Assembly (NCBI RefSeq): GCF_001194135.2
Contig: NC_068993.1
Coordinates: 40,990,511-41,024,452 of the forward strand
Source of the DNA: Octopus bimaculoides
Taxonomy: Eukaryota
DNA length: 33,942 bases
Reading direction: 5' to 3'
Shown: in pieces, positions 22,962 to 33,752 of the stretch
How positions within the stretch are numbered: the stretch's first letter is position 1
Layout of the letters: each line of letters opens with the position of its first letter
Notes under the pieces: generated by a model
What the model saw: the letters and a program-made list of their open reading frames with translations, nothing else
The model's database searches: none
What the model was told of the DNA's origin: nothing
Made by a program: the position numbers and the translations under genes

Positions 22962-25339
22962 NNNNNNNNNNNNNNNNNNNNNNNNNNNNNNNNNNNNNNN
23001 NNNNNNNNNNNNNNNNNNNNNNNNNNNNNNNNNNNNNNNNNNNNNNNNNNNNNNNNNNNNNNNNNNNNNNNNNNNNNNNNNNNNNNNNNNNNNNNNNNNN
23101 NNNNNNNNNNNNNNNNNNNNNNNNNNNNNNNNNNNNNNNNNNNNNNNNNNNNNNNNNNNNNNNNNNNNNNNNNNNNNNNNNNNNNNNNNNNNNNNNNNNN
23201 NNNNNNNNNNNNNNNNNNNNNNNNNNNNNNNNNNNNNNNNNNNNNNNNNNNNNNNNNNNNNNNNNNNNNNNNNNNNNNNNNNNNNNNNNNNNNNNNNNNN
23301 NNNNNNNNNNNNNNNNNNNNNNNNNNNNNNNNNNNNNNNNNNNNNNNNNNNNNNNNNNNNNNNNNNNNNNNNNNNNNNNNNNNNNNNNNNNNNNNNNNNN
23401 NNNNNNNNNNNNNNNNNNNNNNNNNNNNNNNNNNNNNNNNNNNNNNNNNNNNNNNNNNNNNNNNNNNNNNNNNNNNNNNNNNNNNNNNNNNNNNNNNNNN
23501 NNNNNNNNNNNNNNNNNNNNNNNNNNNNNNNNNNNNNNNNNNNNNNNNNNNNNNNNNNNNNNNNNNNNNNNNNNNNNNNNNNNNNNNNNNNNNNNNNNNN
23601 NNNNNNNNNNNNNNNNNNNNNNNNNNNNNNNNNNNNNNNNNNNNNNNNNNNNNNNNNNNNNNNNNNNNNNNNNNNNNNNNNNNNNNNNNNNNNNNNNNNN
23701 NNNNNNNNNNNNNNNNNNNNNNNNNNNNNNNNNNNNNNNNNNNNNNNNNNNNNNNNNNNNNNNNNNNNNNNNNNNNNNNNNNNNNNNNNNNNNNNNNNNN
23801 NNATATATATATATATATATAGCCATGTGTGCAGGCACGTGTGTGCACACTCATAGGTAAAATGCGCGGCTAACGTACTTAATGTACATTGGAAATAATG
23901 AATGCTTAATCAATTGAAATTACATAAGAAATGAAAAAGAAAAACATCCTAAGAGTTAATGACAAGGCTTATCAAAGAAGGCAATGGAGAGAATCCTGAA
24001 TTTTGAATTAATTAAGAAATTAAATTGAGACGTGTTATGGTTAAAGGAATGAGGTTGATTTTTAGTACAGTGACCTCCCTAGGCTTGTTTCGGTCGTGTT
24101 TAGGTCTCCTTAGTGAATCGTTGTCTAACCAGTTCTCACCAGATCTAAGAACGGCTGGGAAGTAAGTTTTGTGTGAAGATTATTCCGTGATGACGCAACT
24201 TGAATTAACGGCGCGGGAAATACAACAAGATAAGGAGGAAGGAAGGAAGGAAGGAAGGAAGAGAAAATGAAAGAAGAAAATAAAACCGAAAAACGAAGGA
24301 GTGGAAACAAACAAAAAGACGGAATGAAGAAAAAGAAGAACGAATATAAGATAAGGAATGTGAGAAAGAAAAACAAGTAAAAAGAGAATAAAGTGTAGTG
24401 ACAGCAACAAAGCAACAAATATAATGAAAATAAGTAGTTTAAAACATCTTAGAATTGTGAGGAGATTTTTGGAGGTTTTTGAAGAAAGAAATAGATTTAC
24501 TGCATAATTTTAAATTCTCAGAAAAGCTGATAAAAAAAATCGATTCTATGTTTAAAATTTGTGGCTGTCTTCAGTAGTCTAGGCCAAAAATGTTCTCAAA
24601 ATAGCTCAAACAATTTCGTCTGTACTTGACTTTTCTTTTCGCATTCTAAATCGTCTAAAGATGTTTTTTTGTTTAAAATGAAAGGAAAAAAAAAAAATAG
24701 AAACAAAGTAGTAAATATAATAAAAAAAGAAAACAAAAAATTTCCAAATGCTAGAAAACAAAACCAGTCAAAGAGATATTAGGAAAAGTGCCAGCAGGTG
24801 ACGCTTCACCTGTAATCTTGAACCATTTATTTGTTTTCTGACAAGTGTGAAGGTACGGGAGCGAAAGATTTGCATGAAAAAAACTGTGTCTGTGGAACAT
24901 TCACACTCCACGCACTTACCATTTCTTTTCTTCTTTTGCTTTTCCTTTTTACTTAATTCCATTAGAGTTGACAATAGTTGAATTGGACTGATTCTTTTTT
25001 AACACAAGGCTTTTGTTCTTCTGTTTATTTTATTGGAGACATTTCCAAGACAATCTCAGTTAATTTTCAGTTAGAATTCTCTGTACACTATTTATACTAT
25101 TGAAAAATGGTATTTTAGCAATGCTTTTAATTATAAATTATGGATTAGCATAGATAATCTTGTAATCTTAGGATACCCATTGTGTATTATCGGTTGTATT
25201 ATCGATGGTATATCAATAATAGTATTCTCTTAGTTCTGTTGTATCATATATGTATGATAAAACGATTCGAGAGAATTCTTAGGTGTCTTTACGTAACACT
25301 AAATATTGGTGATGGCGAGTATTTTCATTACATTCAACT

Positions 25340-25700
25340 ACACACACTCATACCTATGTACATACACTCATACTTGTGTACATTTATACATACATACGTA
25401 CCTATGTACATATATACACACGGACACATGCAGGCATACATACACATATACTTACATAAACAAATATACACACGCACAAATACATACACGCATACATGCA
25501 TACATGCATACACAAATAAATACATACACTCCTACATATACATACACACAGCCACATACAGGCATGCATACACACACAGATTCATAAACAAGCATATATA
25601 CACATACATACATACATGTATACATACATGTACAGACAAATAGATGCACAGATACATACATACGTACATACATACATACATACATACATACATACATACA
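25340..25700. repeat. Degenerate (CATA)n/(CA)n microsatellite, pure (CATA)n at its 3' end
   Basis: Direct reading. Confidence 0.9.
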
Positions 25701-26205
25701 AGATACTACCTGTCCTTGAGGAATGATATAGTTGCAAAACTATTTACAATGCTACCAGCAGGAAGGATTGCCCTGGCGTATACACCAAAGGCACGTCAAA
25801 ACCAGCATGTATTCGCACCTTTAAAAACAAGGAATACTGGTGGAACACTCCAATACAAACAGCAATTCGGTGCAAACATAGCACACCAGAAATTTACACA
25901 AAAACTTAGAAATACTAGGTTTTTCGAAGAAAGTGCATAAAAAAAAAACATGCGTATTTTCCAAATCCAATCTATTAGAGGCCCAATGTGGATTTGTAAG
26001 ACATTCTAAAGATTTTCCATCTGAGATTCTTTAGATGAATAGATCCATTCATTTGGATGTGTGCATCAACGGCTCAACTAACACAGCGACTGAACCACAT
26101 ATTTACAAACACCGGGAACTCGAAAGGTCTTTGTTAGCGACCTGCTTGAAAACTCTTAAGAGCTATAATAAAACTCGAAGGAAAACATGCCTGCATACAT
26201 ACATA
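25701..26205 (+). mobile_element. RLE non-LTR retrotransposon remnant related to the 29558/30027 family, internally deleted, flanked by (CATA)n on both sides
   Basis: RYYLSLRNDIVAKL..KEYWWNTPIQTAIRCKHSTPEI [deletion] NLEILGFSKK..MRIFQIQSIRGPMWICKTF*RFSI* (stop 26022-26024). The 3' UTR contains aataaaact and ends in (CATA)3 at 26194-26205. Confidence 0.75.
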
Positions 26206-26213
26206 TCTCAATT

Positions 26214-26330
26214 AGGCCCACGATCATAACATCATGGGTTCAATTTCTTGAGCAAGTTATGCATTATGCCCTTAACCAGAGCACTTCATTTCACATTTCT
26301 TCAGTTCATCCAACTGCAAAATCGCCACTA
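26214..26330 (+). mobile_element. SINE family 3, partial
   Basis: B-box-like gggttcaattt, and shares gcacttcatttcac with the copy at 26743. Confidence 0.55.
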
Positions 26331-26742
26331 GTCGAGTGCTGGTGCTGTTCTCTCGCTCTCGTGAATGTTCCTTTGAATCAAGGGCCCGAGGGCCGAGATA
26401 TAGGTGTCTGAGTCTTCTCGCGACTATATAGGCTTTATAAACAATTAGTAAGAGTTTGGTACTCGCCACTCGGTCATACTCGTTAACTGATAATGATCGT
26501 GGTTACTCGAGGGGTTAGTGTTGTGTGCCGATCTCGGAAAGATTAAAACAAAGTACACCTCGGCTTGCGCTTGAATCTGGGCTCTAGCATGGCTAAAGAA
26601 ATGAATTGTTAAAACATATAACTTAAGAAAACACTTGAAAAGTCAGCGTAAGTTTTTCTTTTTTTAATCGAGCTAATGATTGAGTCTCTACGTGGTTGCA
26701 TGATTCGTTGTGATAGCAACTAAATCTTCCTCAAATCGTAAA

Positions 26743-27161
26743 GGTGCGTGGCCCAGAGGTTTTGAGTGTTGAACTCACGAGCGTAAGATTGTAACTGCGA
26801 TTCCCGAACTGGGTGTTATGTTATATTTATGTGCAAGGCACTTCATTTCACGCTGCCCCAGTCCACTCAGCTGTAAGTTAATACACGTGCGACGGAGTGC
26901 GGTCCCGTTAAGGGGGGATATTGAGATCTCAGGTAACTGACTTTGAGTTCTAGGACTCGAGACAGTAATGTCCAAAGGACATACTTCTTCCTCAGTTCCC
27001 ACTTAACCCTCTCAACGATACGATGGATACATTGAATAAAGAAGTCCTAGACGTATTATACCTAAACAAATGCTGGAACTGACACAGAACGCCTTTCGCT
27101 ATAGGTTTACACCATCAAAGCTGACCTGGGACTAAGCGAGAACAACAACGACAACAACAAC
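26743..27161 (+). mobile_element. SINE family 3, probably full length with (CAA)n tail
   Basis: A box tggcccagagg, degenerate B box, core aaggcacttcatttcacgctgccccagtccactcagctg, 3' end gctgacctgggactaagc followed by (CAA)n. Confidence 0.6.
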
Positions 27162-27638
27162 ATGTTTCACAAGATAAAATATGAGTAATTATTATCGTAG
27201 TTGATAAGCTAAAAATGTTGTCCTATTTTAACAAAACTGCGACAAAACAAATCATAGATATAAACAAATACTTTTGTTGAATATAACAACAAATAACAGA
27301 ACATGAGTTTAGGGTTATTTTATTTGGTTTATTAAATCTCAGTTTTATGTAGTCGAAAGTTCATTTATAATCTACGTGACTATTTGCGATGCAACAATTT
27401 TAGATATGTAGGAGTTTCCAGTACACACACATCCATTATATTTTTTCAATGCCTGACGCGTTTTTTATTAAATATAAGAATGTATTAAAATAATTATAAA
27501 GTTTTACAGTTTTACATTTCAGTCATTTCGTGTGGTCTGTATTAATCTTCACTGTAAAACATAAAGTGAAGGTTCGGATTTAGATAAAATTAAATAATGT
27601 ATATTCCTGGCGTGTTTTCGGTTTCGTCATCCGCAACA

Positions 27639-27667
27639 TACGTTTCGATATTTTTATATCTCATCAG
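27639..27667 (-). ncRNA. Minimal type I hammerhead ribozyme core (Penelope-like element type)
   Basis: Minus strand: CUGAUGA-GAUAU-aaaa-AUAUC-GAAA-CGU-A. All core nucleotides are present, stem II is a perfect 5 bp, stem III is the palindromic ACGU, and the cleavage triplet is GUA. Stem I is poorly paired. Confidence 0.6.
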
Positions 27668-27856
27668 TTTATCTCGTGGTTAACTAGGGAATTGGTGAAT
27701 GATATTCAATTAGAGAATGATATTCAAGGTTGAGGTTTTCAGAGTTGTGTATAAACATGAATACAAAAGAAAGAATAATATAAAGATGAGATCAGAGATA
27801 CTTTCGTTTCTCACACTGGGCGTGTTTAGCAACGATTAAATATATTTTATCGAGAA

Positions 27857-27921
27857 AGTTCATTCAAACTGATAGTTCATTCAAACTGATAGTTCATTCA
27901 AACTGATAGTTCATTCAAACT
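27857..27921. repeat. Perfect 17-bp minisatellite, 3.8 copies (agttcattcaaactgat)
   Basis: Units start at 27857, 27874, 27891 and 27908; no spacers. Confidence 0.95.
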
Positions 27922-28090
27922 ATATGGTGTAGAGGAAACCAGCATACGTTGTGCAATAGAATTATTCTACCGCGCAGCCAAGTCTCATCTTCGACCAACG
28001 ACCAAAGGCTCTTTGCTTTCAGGAATGGAGATGAACGTCTTCATGCTTTAAATTCTTGATTCCGAATTGGTTCTAATCTTTCCTCTGAAA

Positions 28091-28222
28091 TGGCCGAGTC
28101 ATCAGCGCTTCGAATGATGTTTTATACGTCATTCGTGTTGGTTCTCTGCGCTTTGATTTCAAATTCTACCGAAGTCATCTCTGCCTTTTCTCTTTTCATG
28201 ATTGATAAAATAAAGTACCAGT
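28091..28222 (+). mobile_element. SINE family 2, diverged
   Basis: tggccgagtcatcagcgc..tttcaaattctaccgaagtc..gataaaataaagtaccagt. Confidence 0.6.
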
Positions 28223-28406
28223 CCAGTACCAGATGCAGAAGGTATCGATGAAATTCCTTCTCTCAAAATTTCTGATCTTGTGCTTTAATTAGAAACAATT
28301 TATATAATACCCTTATACTTGGAGCTGGTCATATTTTGCCAATTAAACACACACACATATATTTGGACTTCATTTCAACTTTATTATTATTTTTGTTTCT
28401 TTGTCT

Positions 28407-28448
28407 AAAGTCTTTCATCACGCATCCTGTGACCTCATCAGCGACTCT
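28407..28448 (-). ncRNA. Degenerate hammerhead-like relic lacking stem III
   Basis: Minus strand: agagucg-CUGAUGA-g-GUCAC-aggaugc-GUGAU-GAAA-gacuuu. agaguc can pair with gacuuu. Confidence 0.3.
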
Positions 28449-29493
28449 CTACCCTACGTGTCTCCTCTCGTTCTGCTCATTCTAATATGACCATCCCCAA
28501 ATATAACAATATCTGTTTCAGCACATGATTTCACATCAGGAATCTTGCAAAACAAATACATAAACTAAAATTTTATATAATGTTTTGTATCGTTGGCAGA
28601 AAATTCTTCCTTTTCCTAATGATTACGTACCCCAAGAGTATACATAACTCTAAAACGGATTTAGCTTTGAAAAATTTCGCTTATTGCACATGAGATTTTC
28701 CGAATATACACAGCGTTACCAAAAGGTGCGTCTGTAGGTAAAAAAAAACTTAATAATAATAATACTTTCAACAAGTCTTGAACCTTCACTCAGCTTTGCC
28801 TTAGAGATTAATGAAGATGGTGAGAAAAAAATATACTTTTAGTGAGTACATTACTTCATACTGAACCTAACATTATGCATTAATTAACTGCTTCAACCTC
28901 GAAAAGAAACAAAAATAAAGTGAACTTTTCTATTAAAGAATAGAAAAAGGAAGTTGATATGCCATGCGAATAATACGAAATATATTAGTGACGGGAAAAG
29001 TAAGATTGAGTTCTGAATAAGAACTCAAGAGCCATTATACCATTCGAGCCATTATAATAAGAACATTCGAGCCATTATAAATGCATGGGTGATGATAAGC
29101 CCTGACTACGTGGTAGCATAATTCTATAGTACAAGAGATATTGCTTTCACCTGAAACAAGCAAAGCAACACTAGTTTGAATTAACTTCTCTATTAATACA
29201 TAAAAATACACACACAATACACACACACATACACGCACAGACGCATATACACATTACAGATGCATACATATATGGTGATTGCCTCGTCTTCACTGAGGAT
29301 TGCTGTCTCTCCGAGCTTCCACGTTGTCAATGGCTTTTCTGACATTCCGTCTATGATGACCTCTCAGATGACTATTCCGTTCTGCTGCAGATCTGCATGA
29401 TTTGAAGAATTGGTGACAGACAAAAACTGGAACTTTCACTTCATTAATAGATCAATTTTTGAGATATGATCACTGTAAACCATCAAGCATACG

Positions 29494-29527
<34 letters not shown>

Positions 29528-29557
29528 CATGTATACATACGTGCATACAAATATAAA

Positions 29558-29980
29558 AATAATAGATCTGACATCGTAATTTGTGACAGAGAAGAGAAAA
29601 GTACATTTGTGGAAATCAGCTGCCCAGCAGATGTTAACATAAAGCTGAAGATCAGTGAAACAAAGAGTACCTACGTTGTACTATTGAGAAATCTGCAGTT
29701 ACTCTATCTAGATTACAAGTTCAGGTTTATACCTGTAATTATTGGGGCACTGGGATATATAAAACACTGCCTAAATACCAACCTTGAGAAATTACGCTTC
29801 TCAAAACCAGCAAGGAGAAAGCTGATTCGAAGTTCACAGATCCAAGACATCACTGAAACTGTAAAAATCTGTAAAACTTCCCGGAAGTTTACCATTTAAG
29901 TATATATGAGCATGTCTAAACATGCAACTATATACATGAGAATACATACATAAAACAAAACATCCAAATCTGCACATATC
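29558..29980 (+). mobile_element. RLE non-LTR retrotransposon, outer copy, coding end plus 3' UTR part a
   Basis: NRSDIVICDREEK..VEISCPADVNIKLKISE..LLRNLQLLYLDYKFRFIPVIIGALGY..NLEKLRFSKPARRKLIR..QIQDITETVKICKTSRKFTI* (stop 29897-29899). Preceded and followed by (CATA)n. Confidence 0.9.
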
Positions 29981-30026
29981 CATACATACATACATACATA
30001 CATACATACATACATACATACATAAT

Positions 30027-30573
30027 AGAAGAGAAACTGTGCACAGTTGTGGAAATTAGCTGCCGAGCGGATGTTAACATGAAAAAGAGAACATCTATGC
30101 TGAACTATTGAGAAATATGCAGTTTTTGTCTATCCAGATTACGAGTTCAGATTTATACATGTAATTATTGCGGCCCTGAGATATGTAATACATTACCTAA
30201 ATACCAATCTTAAGAAATTAGGCTTCTCAAAACCGGAAAAGAGAAAGCTAATTCGAAGAGTACAGATCCAATCCACCACTGGAACTGCAAAAATCTGTAA
30301 AACTTTCCAGAAGCTTATCATTTAAATATATATGTGCATGTTTAGATATGTAACTATATGCATGAGAATACATACATAAAACATACAAATCTGCTCATAC
30401 ATACATACATACATACATAAATACATACATACATACATACATACATACATACTTACTTACATACAAACAAAAATACCCTGTTGATGTTGAAATTCCAATG
30501 AAGGAACCTTGGATCAAGGTTAGAAGCCGGTTCTCTCCCTATTGGCGACAAATTTTGAAATAAACTGAATAAT
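30027..30573 (+). mobile_element. RLE non-LTR retrotransposon, inner (nested) copy: coding end, UTR a, (CATA)n, UTR b
   Basis: EEKLCTVVEISCRADVN..NLKKLGFSKPEKRKLIRRVQIQSTTGTAKICKTFQKLII* (stop 30323-30325). UTR b is caaaaataccctgttgatg..actgaataat (30468-30573). Confidence 0.9.
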
Positions 30574-30715
30574 GACAAGCATGCATGCATGCATACATAC
30601 ATACATACATACATACGTACATTCATACATACATACATACATACGTACATTCATACATACATACATACATACATACATCCATACATACATACACAAACAC
30701 ATACGTACATACATA

Positions 30716-30822
30716 CAAAAATACCCTGTTGATGCGGAAAGTCTAATGAAGAAGCCTTGGATCTAAGTTAGAAACCGGCTCTTTCTCTATTGACAAGAAA
30801 TCTTGAAATAATACTGAATAAT
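30716..30822 (+). mobile_element. Second copy of 3' UTR part b (inferred 3' end of the outer element)
   Basis: caaaaataccctgttgatg..ccttggatc..gttagaa.ccgg..cttgaaataatactgaataatgaca, homologous to 30468-30573. Confidence 0.85.
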
Positions 30823-30917
30823 GACACACGTGCATATTAAACACCATACATTTATAAAGAAGAGCTAGAGATAGAAAACAAAATTTTATAGCATATTAAT
30901 ATTTCTTTTTTCAGTTA

Positions 30918-31136
30918 AGTCGGCGTGCTGATAGAATCGTTAGAACGCCGGATAAAATGCTTAGCGGCATTTCGTCTGTCTTAACGATCTGAGTTCAATT
31001 TCTGACGAGGTCGACTTTGACATTCATCCTTTCGGGGTCGATCAAATGAGCACAAGTTGAACACAGGCGGATCGATATAATCGACTTACACCTCCCCTGA
31101 AATTGCTGACCTTGTGCCAAAATTTGAAACCAATAT
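30918..31136 (+). mobile_element. SINE family 2, full length
   Basis: gaatcgttagaacgccgg..ctgagttcaatttctgacgaggtcgactttg..cctttcggggtcgat..aatcgactta..gtgccaaaatttgaaacc. Confidence 0.85.
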
Positions 31137-31237
31137 TTCTCTTTTCGTTATTTCGTCTCGTCATATCAAAATTAAATACCTTGTAATGTAAGATATTAGT
31201 TGAAAAAAAACGAGTTTTTTTGTTAAAGAAAGTAAGT

Positions 31238-31550
31238 ACAGGTGATGCTGTGTAGTTGAGAAGCTTGTTTCCCGACCATGTGGTCTTGGGTTCAGTTCCA
31301 ATGCACAGCACCTTGGGCAAGGCTCTTCTATATTTATGTGTGTGTGTTTGTCTACCACCACTGTTTGACAGCCGATGTTGGTGTGCCTATGTTCCCCGTA
31401 AATTAGGGATTCGGCAAAAATGTCCAATAGAATAAGTACTAGGCTTTTTAAAAATAAGAACTGGGATAGACTTGTCCAATTAATCCTTCACGGCGGTACC
31501 CTAGAATGGCCACAATCTAATGACTGAAACAAGCAAAACGTAAAATAAAA
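31238..31550 (+). mobile_element. SINE family 1, internally deleted
   Basis: Head gggttcagttcc..caccttgggcaag joined to a short (TG)n and the 3' domain ending gactgaaacaagcaaaa. Confidence 0.8.
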
Positions 31551-31702
31551 TTCAACTATTTACGTATAGTTAATCTTTCATACTTCTACAGACGTCAATA
31601 TTCGCATCTAATTTCATAAGGAATTCCAATTAAATATGTTGGTACGAAATTCAGGAAGTACAATATTACAGATAGGCACATCTTAATTTAGTACATTTAT
31701 AT

Positions 31703-31741
<39 letters not shown>

Positions 31742-31919
31742 NNNNNNNNNNNNNNNNNNNNNNNNNNNNNNNNNNNNNNNNNNNNNNNNNNNNNNNNNNN
31801 NNNNNNNNNNNNNNNNNNNNNNNNNNNNNNNNNNNNNNNNNNNNNNNNNNNNNNNNNNNNNNNNNNNNNNNNNNNNNNNNNNNNNNNNNNNNNNNNNNNN
31901 NNNNNNNNNNNNNNNNNNN

Positions 31920-31958
<39 letters not shown>

Positions 31959-31963
31959 ATGTA

Positions 31964-32185
31964 CGTGAAGGGTGGGGTACTAAAAAGCTCCTGGATTTAA
32001 AGGTGTTGTGAAAGGCCTGGTTGGAAGTCCAACCTTCCGAGTTCTTTTACAGGACTTAGAAAAAGCTGAAGGACCGCTGCAATGTGTGAATCTGAGAGAG
32101 GAATTTGTTGAATAAGATCATAATTAACTGATCTTCCTTTATTTCGTTTCAGCCAAAGCCAGGAACTTTGCACACACACCCCTCG
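31964..32185 (+). mobile_element. Mariner-derived MITE
   Basis: TA-flanked TIRs (cg..ggggtactaaaaagctcctggattt and aaagccaggaacttt..cccctcg|TA). The interior resembles a mariner C-terminus (TGLRK..DRCN..VNLR.EFVE*). Confidence 0.8.
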
Positions 32186-32228
32186 TATGTGTATATGTAT
32201 ATGTATGCATTTATGTATGTATATACAA

Positions 32229-32294
<66 letters not shown>

Positions 32295-32523
32295 TTATGT
32301 ATGTATGTATATATATATATATATATAACGAATTCAAGATGTTGTTTATGCTAGCATGTTTACTAGATAAAAAAAAAGATGCGTGTTTCGATCCCTGTCA
32401 ACGATTTTATTAAATATGTTTAAACTTAATTTGCTGTTTATATTTAGAGAATATTAAATATTGTTCGTATAATCATTTGAGCCGTTGATTTTGTTAAATT
32501 GCTACACTCGTGCGCACGTGACG

Positions 32524-32562
<39 letters not shown>

Positions 32563-32949
32563 ACACACATTCTTTTCGTTGTCTCAGGCTTTGGACTGCG
32601 CCCATACTGCATCAACGCTTTGACGAGGTTTAATCGATCAAATCGATCACAATGCTTCAAAAAGTCTGGTACTTATTCTATTAGTCACTGTTCACAGAAC
32701 AACTTCATTACAGGAACCTAAATGAATCAACACCGGTTGTCAAAAAATTGTGGGAATAAACACAAAGATACGCACACACATATATCTATGTACACAACAA
32801 AATAGATAAAAAATGAGATTGTTTATGATATATGCTATTAAAAATCTTGTAAAGAATTTCTCAGGTTTTTTTTCTGTATAGTCTGCGTAACACTCAAACC
32901 TGAATCTAATAACAAAGAATGCAATTATAATACAGAGACAAAATATGTA

Positions 32950-33507
32950 CGATGAGGTGCTGAAAAGTTTCTGGCTTTAAGAGTATCGGAAAGGCTAGGC
33001 TGAAGGCCCAAACTTCCAAGTTCTTCTACAGGACTTAGAAAAACTGAAGAACCGCTGCATTAAGTGTGTACGATCTGTTCTGTTTGGCTGCACCTGTGGA
33101 AATTACGAAGTTTATTGAAATTTTTTTTTTTAATTTGGTATATTAATGTAATTTTCCAAGCTGAATCTCATGCAGTATTTCACTTTTTCCAGAAAAGGTT
33201 TTAAAACGTTATAGAAGTGTAAAGTTTGATCCTTTTCAACCAGTCAGAAAACAGGATTTGGAGGCTGTAATTTTGTGCTTGACTGTACGTGTTGTCAACA
33301 TTCCTAAAATAGCTCGAGTTTTCATATGAAACTGTAAACAAACCAAGAAAATTGAAGAGATTGAAAATTGGCAGCCAAACACAAAAGATCCAGCGTGTGA
33401 ATCTGAGAGAAGATCCAGTGTGTGAATCTGAGTTGAATAAAATCTTAATTGATTGGTCCTCCTTTATTTTCTTTTTCCAAAGCCAGGAACTTTACCCCAC
33501 CACCTCA
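32950..33507 (+). mobile_element. Second copy of the same mariner-derived MITE, interrupted
   Basis: TA|cgatgaggtgctgaaaagtttctggcttt..acaggacttagaaaaactgaagaaccgctgca [insert] gtgtgaatctgag..aaagccaggaacttt. Confidence 0.85.
33071..33391. mobile_element. Non-autonomous TIR element with 8-bp target-site duplication, nested in the MITE
   Basis: Ends cgatctgttctgtttggctgc and gcagccaaacacaaaagatcc. Flanks are agtgtgta and agcgtgtg, versus a single ..tgtgtg at the same site in the uninterrupted copy. Confidence 0.75.
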
Positions 33508-33752
33508 GGCTCCCATTCCCAGTACGCAGAATTACTCGTTTCCGATCATCAGGTGGAGTAAGCCGAGCATGGCTTTCTTTTGAATAACCACTGCTTGAAT
33601 ATTTTTGGAGATATGAAATGAAACTCCGAGTACTAGAAATCGGAGACGTTCAGTTATTAAGTATTCAAGAATATTCTACATTTGTATTCAGTACTGTATT
33701 TTATCGCTTTAGATGGATCAACAGAGAGTTATATATAAATGTTTATCAAGCA

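Noticed and set aside
24071-24220. Plus-strand open 91-nt AG/GT segment (TSLGLFRSC..) and nearby TGACGCAA and GCGGGAAA (CRE/E2F-like) motifs
   Set aside because: Short motifs and splice-like signals are expected by chance; it conflicts in strand with the other candidates; no supporting evidence.
27857-27921. 17-bp repeats as a CRISPR array
   Set aside because: Head-to-tail with no spacers, in a eukaryotic context with no cas genes.
29280-29410. Possible RTE C-terminal remnant on the minus strand
   Set aside because: Requires several frameshifts over a short span; not distinguishable from chance by eye.
2010-32721. Most ORFs in the supplied track (poly-VC, HT, YI, X-filled, poly-S/L/E/N/I)
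   Set aside because: They are translations of microsatellites and N-gaps, not genes.
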